Below the pieces are notes generated by a model. That model did no database searches. It saw only the letters and a list, made by a program, of their open reading frames with translations, and was not told the origin of the DNA. A DNA stretch of 64,000 nt from Phoronis australis (Eukaryota; Animalia; Phoronida). The translations under genes and the position numbers were made by a program. Below are positions 37,482 to 51,899 of the stretch, piece by piece. The stretch's first letter is position 1. Every line of letters starts with the position of its first letter. The stretch is from the NCBI GenBank assembly GCA_002633005.1, contig NMRA01000005.1:893001-957000 (forward strand), given 5' to 3'.

Positions 37482-37827
37482 ATGTCCTATGCAAATGATC
37501 CTCAGAAAGAGGCTGATTTCGACGAGGACGACGAAATGCCGGCGACCGAGAGAGAGCTCGCTGAGGACGCTCAGTGGAAGAAAATACAGAAAAATACCTT
37601 TACGAGATGGGCAAACGAGCACTTGAAGACGGTGGAGAAGAAAATCAACGACCTCGAACATGATTTATCCGACGGCTTACGTTTAATCGCATTGGTGGAA
37701 GTTTTATCCGGGAAGCAGTTCAAATCCAAAAACAAGCGGCCCAACTTCCGTACACAGAAGCTAGAAAATGTCACCTTGACACTGAAATTTTTGGAGGACG
37801 ATGAACAAATAAAGATTGTCAACATCG
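37482..37827 (+). CDS. FLN: Filamin, coding exon 1 (CH1)
   Basis: MSYAND...[31 protein letters not shown]...IKIVNI-G, typical filamin/cheerio N-terminus; donor GTAAGT at 37828. Confidence 0.96.
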
Positions 37828-40789
37828 GTAAGTGCTAAACTTTAACGTTTTGATTTTGAAAATAACACAATTGTTTGTTTGCTGGACGGGTACGCCTTGT
37901 TTGACCTCTGTGTGTCGGGTCACCTGTAAGCAGGTTTGCACACGTCAAAAGACCCGCTTCAATATAGTTCAATGAGAGAGTGACTCGGGTTATTGTGAAC
38001 TTGAATGGAATTCTTTACACATGAATGAATGCTTGCTTTTGTTGTTCTTGATAGAAGTGGGTTATTTGATTTTGTTGTTGGTTTGACTTGTTTTTGCACT
38101 GTTGCTGGTATATTAGTGAGTGTACTTGAAACAAACAGGGCACCAAACGTATGTAGGTCTAAGACACAAGGCAACGCTAGGGTTCTGGGACAACACAACG
38201 TTTTCTACATGCTTGATGTTCCTGCTATGCCACTTTTGGTGTGCTCGGTGTTATTTTACTTTCTTAAAAGTTTTTTTAGAAGATTTAAAATATCTATGCC
38301 ATCTTAGGATGAAGCCAAGTAGACTGTAGATTGATCAAGTAGTGAAAACTATTGTTACCTAGATTTGTAGAAGTCTGGGGATTTGGTATGGGACTGTGAT
38401 ATTTTAGGTCTTGTGGCATGTTTTTTCACTATTTTCGTAGTAGCAAAAGCCACCATGATCATAGTATGCGATATTCAACCAATTTTTTTGCCTGGTTGCC
38501 CATATGAACATCGTATTTATGAGGGTGGTGTCACCTTCTGTATAAACAGGTTATTGATATACCTTGACGTACCACGCCTTCATTCATGACGGAAGGTTCA
38601 TGGCCAGTAATCTTGGTCTACTTCACAAACACCAAGTTAAACTTTTCAAACCTCTGACTCTACTTCCCAAATGGAGAAATTTACAAATTGACAAAATGCT
38701 GAAATTGCTTAAATCTCTGCATCACAATCAAGTTTTAAAGTACAGCCAGTCATCAGAACATAAAACCAACCTTGTGAATACTGACATTAACTTCTAGAAC
38801 CACCTCTATTTGATTACTGTAATGGGCCCCGGCCTTGTGGCCCAAACACACCTGATGTACGGCAAAAGGCCGTGCCACCTGCACCATTTTTTTAATTGAT
38901 TTCAGTGGTCACATGAAATGGTTTAATGTTTCCTTAGCATTGGTTCTAAGTTTTCCTACTTTCTTATGACCCAGAAACTAATCAATAGACATTCCTGCCC
39001 ACTGCAAGGTGTGGATGGCCCACTTGCTAAGCTATTGTTAATTTATTGAACCACTGGAGTCCAGATTAAATGTAGTTATGCTTAAGTACACACAGTATAC
39101 AAAGTTCAGGAGATCGAATAGTCATCAGTGAGTGATGTTATGTAAGTCAAGATTTGATATTAACTGGACTTGACTGCATTATAAAAATAAATTTCTATGT
39201 ATACACTTGCCATTCACTTCTCATTTGTGAAAAAGAATTTGGGCAATGTTCAATATATTGGTTGGCTGCTTGTGGTAGAAACCATGTTTGCAATGGTGAT
39301 GTTATTTGTTACCCTTAGTCATTTTTTGTTAGTTTAGATTTTTTGTCAAGAATACTGACTTAGTTTGCTATAACTCTCATGCCATCTAGACATGTAAATT
39401 CTGTGTAAATCAGTGTTCATAAACAGGAGGCTTCAGGAAGACATCGAGAACATAATTTCACCTAACCATTACAAAACAAAATATTACCTATGGTAATGGC
39501 AGTGCCCAATGAAGCGAAAATTAGCATGTACCATGACATAGAAATTCACGTAGTTTTTTTTTGCAATAGAGCTGTGTTTTCCAAAATCATTTCTGACCAT
39601 GTGAAGCCATTTTTTATTTGCAAGCCCGCTGCAAATTACGTCAGCATCTAGACATGTGACCTTTAGTTGCGGAATCCTCTGACTAACTTGGACTGTTGAG
39701 TAGAACTCATTTGCATACATTTTGGGGTCAAGGAATAGACATTTACCAAAAGAGTACTGTCTGCCATAGGTTTTTCCATGATGTGGGTCTGCGAATATTT
39801 GTGAATGCCACGGGACTAGTGCAGAAGGTGATATGTTTTGTAATGAGTGTGAAAGTAGCTCATGCAAAATTTCTTCAAAGATTTTAGTTGACAAATCTGT
39901 TGAGCGGCGGGCAGCAGAGCAGCTGTGTAATAGTCACTTTGCAGGGTGTTCCACGTTTTGAGAATCAAGTTTTTTTCCATTGAATAACGGGCATCAAACT
40001 GGTTCTCGAAATCTGGGTCCCCTGCAAGTGGCTACTGTCAATCTTCTGACTGAGTACCAACTTTAATTTTACCCTCCAAAGTTCAGCACTGTTTATGACA
40101 GTGGTTTTCTGTTTAGTGTCATTGAACTTGTTGGTAAATTTCTTCCATGTTCCCGGAATTTTATGACTCAACTGAAGGAATTAAACTAGATAGTCTGTCC
40201 AGTGTCCAACACATGCAAGATAGAGATCGTAGTAGAGTTTCAAATCCATGCAGTATTTAGTGAGAACTTGTACGCCTTCTATTTCTAGTTTTGATTTCAG
40301 AATATTGCTTTTGACCTCAAGTCCATTGTCGTGATCAATTGCTTTGAACACATCAACTACCCTTATTTATTTGTTTTTTCATTTCTGCTAGTTTGACATT
40401 TTATATATAGGATCCCACAATGATAAGGTACTGGATGACTAATAATCAGTTCTGACCAGTATTTCCTCAAGTCGGTTGTTGTATGCTTTTGCTGTGTAGT
40501 TTCTGTGGGTTAACAAATAGCTAAATAGTTTGTCATTATTGGAACTAGCTACTGGTTTTAGGACTGGATGATGTAATCACATTCTTTGTCAGTTTCATCA
40601 CCAAGCTCCGGGGGGTGGGGGGGGGGGAAGAGAATCTGTTCTGGGTGAGATGACTACTCTTTCTGTACTTCTCAATCCAGCTCCCACAGCTGAAAATCCT
40701 GTGCCTAAACCTATACACTAGCTGTAGCCTCCAAACCCATTGGCTTCAACCTACCTAAATCCAGTGGCGGAATTGAAACACTGTACAAC

Positions 40790-40935
40790 TCTCACGTGGT
40801 GTACATAGCTGTCCAAAAGCTATAGCGTTCACATGGTATACATAGCCGTCCAAAAACTTTAGCGTTCATATGGTGTACATAGCGTTCACATGGTATCGCT
40901 ATCTAAACCCTTCAACAGTTACGTGGTATTACCGT
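40790..40935. repeat. Degenerate ~37-bp tandem repeat (CACATGGTGTACATAGC.GTCCAAAA.CT.TAGCGTT)
   Basis: Three to four imperfect copies. Confidence 0.75.
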
Positions 40936-41059
40936 CTATAAAATTCACAAGTCTGATATTTCTTCTTTTCGTTCAGTCCCGAATCAGAGTTCAGGTCACA
41001 ATTCAATAAACGTTAGAATGATTTGCCTTGTGATCAGATGTTTTATCTGCCTTTTTTAA

Positions 41060-41270
41060 TGTTTATTACGAAATCTTCAGAATACAATGAATATACAATA
41101 CCCAGAAAGCGCCAAGAGGCATTAGATCTGGTTAAAAAAACACAAAGAAGTCTATATACAATTATTATACACGAATACATAGAGAAGTTTCACAAGCGAA
41201 CACCTACGACTTTAACACTATTTCAAATTCCTGCATCCTGACTCATTGTTTGACCATGAACAAGTCTCTG
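41060..41270 (-). mobile_element. LINE 3' end related to the element at 2-461
   Basis: - strand AACCAGATCTAATGCCTCTTGGCGCTTTCTGGGT matches AACCCAGATATAATGCTTCGCGGTTTCTGGGT at 364-395, followed by AATAAA. Confidence 0.55.
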
Positions 41271-44200
41271 AAGTGCCTACTGAATTTAATCTCTATTGTT
41301 GTACGACAGAAGTTGCATAAGTCTTGCTCCAACCAAACCATAAGTTTTCATCCTTGAGTAAGCTGAGGTCCAACTCTGAATGGCCTAGTGACAGTGTTTG
41401 CCACAAAAGAAAATTCAAACTCAACTGGAATTACTGGGTAAATGCATTGAACTAGTACCAAAAGTCCCAATTTCTCAAGAAATGACTAATCTCACATTAT
41501 TTCAAACTCATTGCATAGGTTTTCAAACTCGTTGCATAGGTTTTCAAACTCGACTCAACAAAGCTAGACTCGCTACAGCAAAATTCAAACTTGACGCAAT
41601 GACGAGTCAAAACAGGTTGTGGAGAACACTGTAATGTGCAAACTAGAACTATACAATTACGGGTATATTGTGGAACTTTGTCCGAGATAATTGAAAATGT
41701 AACTTGAGCATTGCATGTTAGACATGTTTAGGACTAGGAGTTCCACTGACTGGTCCTTCTTTATTGAAATTTTATTGTTTTTCATGCTGCGAGTCAGTAT
41801 TTTGGAACATCAATTTCAGTCTGCGTGAGAAAGACCCTTCCTAGACTAGTCAGTATGCAACTAACATTTTCTATGGATCTAGAAATATTTGCCTTCTAGT
41901 TTGAACATACGTGACCTTTGAAGTAACCACTAGCGTAGTAGTCAGTTTGTGAACAGGGTATTTGTTGAAAATATTGCACAGTTGAAGTCTTACATGTTTC
42001 TGTTTTGAGAGCTCGAATTTACACAATGATGCAACTATGTGTTGAAATGAAGCATTAGCAGTATTTGAGTTTGAATTTAGCACAAGTTAAGCAGTGAAAC
42101 CTTCTGGTTTAACCCTTTTGCTTGCAGGTATGAAATAAGAAGCACAGAAGTGCTTGTAACTTTTTCGTTTTAAGATCAAATTAAAGTGGGTTGCAGCTTT
42201 AACGTTAGAAAGTAAGTACGCTTGTGAATTTAAATTTTAACCCCTTTTAATTTGGGAGTGTAGTCATGCAGCATTGTGCGGTCATTGTTTCGGCACCAAG
42301 GTAAAGACCGCTTAAGTGAGTGGCCTACCAGAAATTACAACATATTTAATAAATGCTGCAGATACACCTCCGGTGGAGCCCACTATTTCTGTTGCCAGGA
42401 TATCTTTATCCCTCTGTTTGTATCTTGCCAGTGACTAGGATTTTTTGTGTGCACTTTTTGCCTGGGTGTCTGTTTGCACACTATATAGCACTTTTTGACT
42501 TGAGTAAAATGGAAAGCTTATGGGTGACAGGTTGTTCACCTTCCAATTGCACCTTACCTGTATGTTTGTCTAGGCTGATATGTAAACACTCACATGTCTC
42601 AACAAGGTCTGGCGATCTTGTGCCCTCAGGTTATTCGTGCCCAATTGGACAGTTGCCCCGAAGCAAGTTGTTTCATGAACAAGAGGAACAGGTGTAATTG
42701 ACCATAGGGACAGAAACTAATGTCCTGTTCACACCAAAGCAGTCATAATTTTCAAAACCTATTTAAAAGATTGTAACTCTTGGTCTGAAGAGTTAAAACA
42801 GTTTTTAAAGTTGTAAATGTGGCATTAACCCTATGCCAGGGTGGTTTAGCAACGGTTTGTAATCCTTGTAACTCTGGTGTGATCACAGCAGTTGCTAATG
42901 TTATGACTCAGTAGGTGCTGTTGCTGTCTTATCTCACTGGAACTAATGGCACCTCAAGACACTCACTGGTGTGAATGGGAAGGTGATGGCACTGATGAGT
43001 AAAACTAAAACCATGAACTAAGGTTCCAATGGTTTTAACTGCCGTTGTGAGTGGAAACGAATACATAACAGTTACTGGGGAAAGAGTTGTAACCCTGTTT
43101 GGTTGGTCTGAACACAGCAATTGTTGCAACTAACACTGGCGCGACAGCTCCATCTTCTTGAGGCTGTGTACCTTACACAGTGAAAGCATGTGTTGACAAA
43201 GGAACTAGTTATCAGATCCTTTCCTCTTGTTAAACCTGTGCTGAGGGATTTCTCATTTCATTGACTGTTCATGCGTACATGTTAATTATCCAGAGTTGTC
43301 TAACACCCTCCTGCCAAATACAAATTTGAACAAGACAGGTGCAGATCCTGGAGGTCAAGTCACTGGGGGTGTTGGGTGTTGTCAGGCAATTTACCTTGCT
43401 GTTTTGGGGAATCTTAGAGAGTCACCAATGTTTTTTTCTCTATTATAGCACTTCTGTGGTCATTATCTTGAATTTACCTCTAGATTAATTGAGGAAATTT
43501 CCGCCAAAATTCAGTTGGGCAGTGGTTGTATGATTTGACACTAGTCGAAAGATCTGATGTCGAAAGAGATTTCCTGGTGTTGCTGAGGAAGCTTTTAATA
43601 TTATGAAATATTTAATCGAAAATTCTAGCCTGTTAGCTTTTATCAATTTCTTTTAGTGTGGCAATTTTGCTGTATGAATGTGTATTGCACATGGGGGGAT
43701 TTAGACTGAGAATGTGGCCTTATTGACATCCAACTTTGGTGATAGAGTGTGTCAGCCCACTATTAACATGTAAAACCTGACAGGAGTTATGTAGCCAAGT
43801 GAGTGCTTATGACCATGGGCTGAAAAATGTGTGCAACACATGTCCAGTCCTTTCTCACAAATCCACACTTCATGCAGCATAGGTATCTTGTCTTGAGGAA
43901 CATTGCTGAGTGATAATGCACCACTCAGTGGTAACAACACTGATTGGTGAGATAAATGTGGCTGATTGAGTGTAATTTTAAACTAATCCTCTAATCAAGT
44001 AACAATAGTGGCCTTGTTGTCACCACATATTTTGTCCATATATGGTAGGAGTGGGAAATGACTGTGACCTTGTCATTAGTGATTGATGGGTGGAGAGGGG
44101 AAGGAAAAATGAAATGAATTTAACCTGACATTTCAAGGTGGCTGTTTGTGGGTGACCTCAGAATACATTTCCAGTGGCTATGCAACATTGCATGGTTTCA

Positions 44201-45349
44201 ATTACTGCTCCCAAAAAAGCTGTAATTGGTTAGTTTATTTGAACGCACCAAAGTTGAGTCTTTGAGACTGGGTCATGTGTTGAAGCAAAAATAGGTCTTG
44301 TTTGTGTTCTTGATGATACTCTGAAACCATTCTGGGGGTGTCTTCTAAAATGAATTGAAAAAACATTACTCCAGCTGCATGGAAACCCTTGGGGAAGATG
44401 GCTGCCTTCATTAATGCGAACAATTCATGCCATAATCATTTTAGACATGGATGAAAACATTACAAAACTGATCTAGACGTACATGTATCTTTTAGAAAAA
44501 CCCCGTTACAGAGTGCATATCGTCACCCGTTTAGCAATACACGTGAATTTTTTGTCAAATTTCCCCTAAAAATTGAGAATAATTTAGTCTGTTAATAGCA
44601 TATTGCTTTCTACCTTACAGATGTCATAAAACAGCATTTTTAGATCCCATTTGCAGTAGGCCTTTGAAAAAACGGTAATGGTAATAATTTTGTGCAGAAT
44701 AGGTAAAGAATTACAGTAGGCTAGCTGGTATAAAATGGGTTATTAATACAAATACTCTGTGGAATTCCTTTCAGAGGTGATTGTTTTACAGTTCAGATAC
44801 CATAGTATGTTGTCATTCAACATGGACGAGCTGGTCATCTGGGACAATCTTCTCAGGTTCTGTTCATTCATGTTCATAGTGATGTGTTCACCTGAACAAC
44901 ACTTCCGAGTTGTTAAATGAATTCGGTGTTGATGTTAACCTCAAATTAGTCATCGAAGAGAAATGAAATTCTTTCAGTCATACATTTTAACCTCTTAGTA
45001 ACATATAGTGTGTAGTATTTACTTAGGTTAACACTCAGGGTGCTATAATTACCACTGAGAAGTCGGGGGGGGGGGATGCAAAGTTGGATTTTGGTCTAGA
45101 TGTACACGATCAATTTGTAAGGTTTAATTGTCAAGTCTATGTACTGAATTCTTTATTGGTTTCATTTGTCCTGTTTTTTTCAGTCGATGAGCCTAGTCAA
45201 AACCTAAAGCTACCATCTGCTTTCAAAATATTCATTAGAAGCTTGAATGTGTCTCACTGTGGGGAATACGCAAACATATGTTGCTCAGTTGAAAAAACAG
45301 TTCTTGGTATTGTCAATTGATTAACAAGTCTGTGTGTTAACAGTTTACA

Positions 45350-45600
45350 CCTTGATAAGACTGGATAAGACTCCTCTATTAATACTCACTATTTGAGGAT
45401 ATCTTCCGCCACCACTTCCCATCACCCACTATCAGCTCAATACACTTTGCCATTCTCTTCCCATGGCTGAGGTTTATCGCCTGTCTGAGTTGTTCCCTAT
45501 CCGTTCTACGACCGCGTGGTCACCAGAGTTGTTGACCCCGCTGAACCCGTCTGCGTTTAGGGAAGTTATATTAAAATTAAACTTAATTGTTTATTAAATC
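45350..45600 (+). mobile_element. Decayed CR1-type LINE ORF2 C-terminus
   Basis: HHPL...TLPF...VYRLSELFPIRSTTAWSPELLTPLNPSAFREVI resembles the CR1 tail pattern (Y..SFFPR...WN.LP...F+..L). Confidence 0.4.
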
Positions 45601-48451
45601 GTTATCTGAGCCCAGCCTGCTTCTCAAACACTTATGCCTAGCGTTGATTGTTTTTACAGTTCACTAGGTTGTACTTTCAATTGTTAGATATGTCCTGATA
45701 TCAGGCTGAAGATACAAGTCTCCCAGGCTACAGGGAGCTGCCGATGGAATCTGGGTTATTAGCTGGCTAGCACCCTGACAGCAATAGGCTCTGAAACTTG
45801 AGGATAGCATTGAATGGAATTCACAGAATTTGCTAGTGAATAGGGAATGTCTTATGCCTTGTCAACATACTCCAATTTTCTGTATTCGGACATTGTATAC
45901 GACTTACGTATTGTTGCGTCGAATTTGAATACGACTTTATAACTCGTATAATCATGTAGGGATATCTGTTTACATATTCCAAGTAGTTGTTAGTGACAGT
46001 TGTAGATGACGTCAAAAAAGAAAAATCGGAGCGAGTCGACAGGGCTAGTAGAAGAGGTCTTTTTATTGACCTTGAGTTGAGCTTGGGCATGGCTAATACA
46101 TGGTGGACCCATCTAATAATGTTCATATTTCATTATTATTTTGCAGTAGACAAATTTATCTTGGGATAACCTCGGCAAACTGAGATAGTATTTAATCATC
46201 TTCCTTGTGTCATTTTTGCAATTGAGCCGTTAGATAAAAGTAATGCCTAGATGGATGCTTTGCAGCAACAGTGAAGAATTGCTTTTATGTTGTAAGACCA
46301 CTCCATTTCTTGGCCAAAATGTCTGAATAATAATGCGACATATCAGCCTGTCCTGATTACCTGGGCAAGAACTTGACAAGTAGATTGGCTCATGAATAAG
46401 GAGTTACCTTTGCTTTCTGCAAGTTCAAGTGTTACCACAAATATTAGGATGTTGGATTACTTGTCTAGCCATGCCCATGAATTTAACGTAGCTGTATGCC
46501 CACCTGGCCACAGTAGAGTACCCCAGTGCACAGGTGATACTGGTGGTCAGACAGTGGACTCGCTAACATCTTTAGCATCACTTGGAAACAGTTGCAAAGA
46601 ACACTGCAATTTATTTGAGTAACGATCTGTAATTGCGGTTACAAACTGACAGGAAAGTAGAATTTATCAACATAAAATGATTTACTTTCACTTCACTGTT
46701 TGTGTGGGTCGTGCTGTATTACCATTATCAGTGCCATTACTACCGTCCCGTAATTTTTGAGCCCTTGCCACACGGTGTAAAGCTTTGGAGGAAAGAAAAA
46801 TGGTATTTTTTCAATTTCCACACTTCAGCTTGAGCCCATCTTGCTCTTAGGAAATACAGAATAAGATTGAAAGGGGGCAAATATGCTCATATCCTCAAAA
46901 TGCTTCAGTGAAGGAAAATTGAAATCAAATATGTTTATTACAACCACGGAGTTGGAACTGGTTTTCCACAATAACAGAAAACAGAATTCAAGGTATCTGA
47001 CATTCTTATGTCATTAAAGGTTTCAAACGGAATTGTAAATATTTCACTTGCAGATGCTATAATTCGGATATTTTTGATTGGTAGTTGTGAGATGTTCACT
47101 CTGTAGCAGATGCCTGACATCCATCTTTGCTGATGTGCTCTGTCTGGGGTAGCTGTGTTTGTCTTTGCAGTATCAATGACTAACATTCAATGCTCATGTT
47201 TGGTTAATGGTGTTCAGGGCAAATATCAACAACATGGCTAAATATTTTGTTTGACAATAGGTCACACGCTTTTTTGTATTTGCTAAACATCTTGCAGCTA
47301 TGTGGTTTTTGGTAGTTCAGCAACTCAGGAATGGGACTCATATGGTGTACATGTGTTTTGACTTGACTAGGGGCTGTCACTCAAACAATTTTTAATAGTT
47401 ATATTTTGACAACTGACACATGTTTTCAGTAAAAATGAAGAAAAATGTCATGAACTGAACATTCTACAAAACAGCTGGTACATTTACCAAAACTGGTTTT
47501 GAATCTCTCTACTGCCATTTCCCCACTTTTGCCAACTTAATATGCAGGGCAAAGTAGGATTCCAAACATTTTTCAACTACTGGGGACTGTTGTATGAAAG
47601 TGACTGAAGTTTTAAGGTGGAAATTTGGACTTAGGTTTCCACTTAACAATAGCTGAAAATGGTTTAGCCAAATAAATTTTGAGCACATCGCAATCTAGAA
47701 ATAGAAATTATCTCAGTAACTAGCACTTGCGCGTATATTTGGAGAGACTGTACTTTTGATCGAGTGAGATTTTTGTACTTTTCAGAAATAGTTTTGTAGA
47801 GCGCAAGGTCAAAATTTCTCACTTGAAACAGGCCCTTGTACTTATCTGTATTAATGCTCACTTTCAGCCGCCTGCGAACCCCAAATTCTCATTTTCAAGT
47901 GACCATACTTATTTTACCGCATCGTAGACCCCTCTGAGTAAGGAACAAGTTGAGACAAATTCTATAACAGAAAGTGGTGCAAACCAAAATTTGTAACGAA
48001 ATGGGGACTTTAAATGCAGGGTTACCCATTGATTTGGCCTTAGGTTAAGGTCACTCCAATGTTATGCATGACCCTTCTCCTCCCTGCTCCCACAGTAGGA
48101 GTGGCTGTCAGTACCTGTGAACCTTGAAGGTCAGGCAATGACCACTAGGTTAGTTACCCCCACTGGACATTTGCAATCAATCATAGGTCTTGTTGTTGAT
48201 GACACATCTTGATCTGTGGTCTCTAGTCTGGCCATTATACTCAGTGATCCTAACTTCAGCTTAGTTCACTTGACTACAACAGACCCAACTTGTGGTTGTT
48301 GTGACCATTAGTGGTCATTAGGCTGGGGGTTGCAGCTCCCTGTAAAACTAATGGCATTCTTTGACCATGAAGCTTGCATATCAGATATGCATTCGCATTT
48401 TTGTTGCCATTTGAGGTTCTTCCAATCCAGAATTTGATAAGCCCTAAAGCC

Positions 48452-48587
48452 AGGTGTTGTTTATGGAGGTGTTGTTTATGGAGGTGTTGTTTATGGAGGT
48501 GTTGTTTATGGAGGTGTTGTTTATGGAGGTGTTGTTTATGGAGGTGTTGTTTATGGAGGTGTTGTTTATGGTGGTGTTGTTTATGGA
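48452..48587. repeat. 15-bp minisatellite (GGTGTTGTTTATGGA) x9
   Basis: Near-perfect tandem copies. Confidence 0.95.
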
Positions 48588-51165
48588 ATAGCACTGTCAT
48601 TAGGACGAGTGATATGCTACTTGGGAAGCATTAAACATTTTTTTAAAGATTTTGATGATTTAAGCTGTTGTATTGTAATAGTGTGGAGAACAGCAAACCA
48701 AAAGCGTTTTGAAACACGAAAGTTACACATTAAAGGACTAAAAAAGCCAGCATGCAAGTGGAAACAAAACTATTTATTTGTTCAAGTTTCCAAATTGTTT
48801 CACTTTGATTGGATTCTGTACAGAAGAACACACAGTAGAATGAAACTACGAGATGTTCAAGATCGCAAGTCATGCCCCATGAATATGAAAGTGATTCGTT
48901 ATGGATTGCAGTCTAGTCTGCACAGGTTCAGTTCCCTAGAACTTGATTGGTAGCCATGTAATTAGCACACCTACATGTTTCTTTAAATAAAACATAATTC
49001 ATTTTCACTCACAGGTCTGTTGCCTTGTCAATAGCCACATTCGTTCTTGTGTTCAAGTGTGCTTATGTACAGAAAACACTTCATAGCAAAGAAATGCCCA
49101 CAGGCAGGGTGAAAAGTTGTCTGCATACCTTATGTCGTCTTGAGTAGTGAGGAGTGCAAACGAAAGGTACAAACCGACTCCTCAGTGAACTGAATGCTGC
49201 TTACATGGGGTGATCTACTGGTTTAAGGTTCAGGTGGAAAACTGAGCCAAGAGTGACCCAGACAAATGGCCATGTATGCTTATGAATGCTGGCAGAGATC
49301 CATTATAAGTTGGGAACGTGGAGCCAACATCCTCTGTTGGTGTGTCACTGTTGCAAAACCCACGTTGCACTGTTAAAGTTTATATAACCCTTTACTCACA
49401 AAGCCACAAGTTAGCCTTCATCATACAACAGGAGCTCCATCTAGTGTTTGGCAAAACAACCATCCCTTCCCTTATCTTCTTAGTAGCAGTGTATTGTTTT
49501 TGAATACATAAGTGTGGTGAGTTGTATTCAGTTTGGCAAGATTATGCAAGTGTGCTAGTTTCCCATGCATCGCAAGAGAGGCCTGCGATCTCGCCAACTT
49601 TTATTCACGAGTGACAGCGTTGTTGAATGTGCCCCACGTCCAAGTTATTGTATTCAGCCCTTCGTAACAATGCATTGTTTACGTTTGGAAAGCTTCTGAA
49701 AATAGAATTGTGACTGTTAGTGATTTAAATAAAAATGGTTTGAAATATTTCGATTTGGAAAATTATTTACAACTGGAATATGTGGCTTGAAGTTTTCATG
49801 GCTTGTAAAATTTTACATGTCGCCACCTGAAAATTACACGGTTCCATGCAAACAGTTTCGTCAAAATTGCGTTTGGTAGTAGATGTTTTTGGCATTATAA
49901 AGTTCAATGATTTGGAGCAAAAGGACCGAATTGTTTGAGAAACCTGTAATTTTCTGGTCGCGAAATGTTTCATACAGTTAGGCCTGATATAACGGATTTT
50001 AGCTGGTTTTACCTGGCCTAATTGTACGGTATTAAAATACCTTGGCATGTCTGTAATCATCTAAATGTTGTTTTTGCCCATGATCTAACTGGTCTAAATA
50101 CCTGGTGATGGGCCTCAACTGAATGGAAGGATCTGTTCACCTGTGATCCTGCCCCCTCTATCACTATTTCATTATGTCAGAATCCCATTTCACATTCCTT
50201 TGTTGTGACCTCATTCATCAAAGGCCACCTACCTGTTGTGGTCTGACCAGTGGAATTTTATTCAGAACAGGTTTTATGATTGGCATAACTTGGCATTATG
50301 TTGTCCCTGTTGAGTAGTTGGTTTTGCCTCTGCGTGATGCCACTGAAATTTGTTTAGGGATTGGGAAGGTTGAATTTAGTCGGTGATCACCGATATTCAC
50401 AAAGTCGCAGTTGTGTGTACTGATGTTTTATGGTGCTGTCAAATTCTGATAAAACCCGAGAGATAAAGTGATAAAAAGGTTCCAGTATTCCTGGGTGTTG
50501 TGTGTAGCTCTGGAAACAGTAAAAAGCAGTGTGAAGTTTTTACTACCGACAACTGTTTAAAACACCAACAGGTGAATTGCGCCTAATTTTAGAGTCCATT
50601 GAAGGTGTGAGTGTCATGGCTTGGTTGATTAGTTTTAAATTTACTATTGATCGAAAAGTTATGTCCATCACCTGTTTCCACCTGTATTAACTTGACGTCC
50701 ATGATCAATGAATGTTGTATTCTCACTTATAAACTTACAATATTGTATTTAATTATTTGTCATTTGTTGCTAGGCTCAAGTGACCCCATTCGACCTTAGA
50801 CACAGCATAAATTGACTCAGTTCAAAAGGACAGGCTTTCAGCATCCAGTAGATAAAAGTTGCACCAGATCATCTTGTTCTGGATCAACTACTCGTGCAAA
50901 CACGTGGTAGCAATCAACTACTTGACACTTGCGTAACTATGCCGATGAGAACATCACATTGCACAGGTGCAAAGCGAGTTTTGATCCAGCATTTCCACTC
51001 GGCCAAATACTTTCTAGAAAGCAGTCATCTTGTACAGGGTTCTCCTGAACAAAAATTCAAACATGGCGCAAATTATGCATCATATTTGTGTGTCCTAATT
51101 TCCTTTCTGTTAACTTTGAAAAACAACAATTAGTGATGCATTACTTTCACTTGCTGGGCATATCT

Positions 51166-51353
51166 GAGTGGTGGATTTAGATGGGGGCCATGGCCCCCCC
51201 TAAAATTGTCTCAGATTCCATTTGGCAGTTTGGGAGTGCGAATGTCTGGCAGGCAAAATCCTGGCTAATACTCTGCCCTGGCCCCCCTAACTCAAAATCC
51301 TGGCTAATACTCTGCCCTGGCCCCCCTAACTCAAAATCCTGTATCCGCCCCTG
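51166..51353 (-). mobile_element. MITE with 5-bp TSD (hAT5-like), internal 39-bp duplication
   Basis: GAGTGGTGGATTTAG...TGTATCCGCCCCTG flanked by TATCT / TATCT; internal CTCAGATTCCATTTGGCAGTT shared with 28660-28813. Confidence 0.8.
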
Positions 51354-51379
51354 TATCTGTATCATTTTTGCTGGAAAAT

Positions 51380-51538
51380 AATAATGAAGTACCCCTACAC
51401 AACATAATAAAGAAGTACCCCTACGCAACATAATAAAGAAGTACCCCTACGCAACATAATAAAGAAGTACCCCTACGCAACATAATAAAGAAGTACCCCT
51501 ACGCAACATAATAAAGAAGTTCCCCTACGCAACATAAT
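51380..51538. repeat. 26-bp minisatellite (ATAATAAAGAAGTACCCCTACGCAAC) x6
   Basis: Near-identical head-to-tail copies with no spacers. Confidence 0.95.
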
Positions 51539-51899
51539 TCTAATAATTTGTTTTGTAACTGCGACTTTTCTAAGGTGGCTTACGATTTTAAACATGGTGC
51601 AACACGCCGTGTTGGAATACCTATAGGGTAAACGCTGTTGTACCTTTTTGCACCATGTCAAGCACAGTGTATACCTGCATGTGTTTGACAAGGCATAGAA
51701 ACTAACCGCTTGTATTATTTGCGGCTGCCTCTGCAGTCATGCACATCTTACCTCATTGACCACGATTTAGAATTCACATGTGATGACTTATGTATTAGAT
51801 TTCAAAGTGGCCCATGCCTTTTATCTCGAAGGGGGTAGGGTAGCCTTTCTGTCTAAAAAGTGTGGCAATTGTGTGTTGTAGTCCAGTTTGATAGGGTCA

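Noticed and set aside
48274-48634. ORFs with (HKQHL)n and (RCCLW)n repeats
   Set aside because: Translations of a 15-bp intronic minisatellite; no splice or homology support.
51380-51538. 26-bp repeats of CRISPR-like length
   Set aside because: Head-to-tail copies with no unique spacers, no cas genes, eukaryotic context: a minisatellite.
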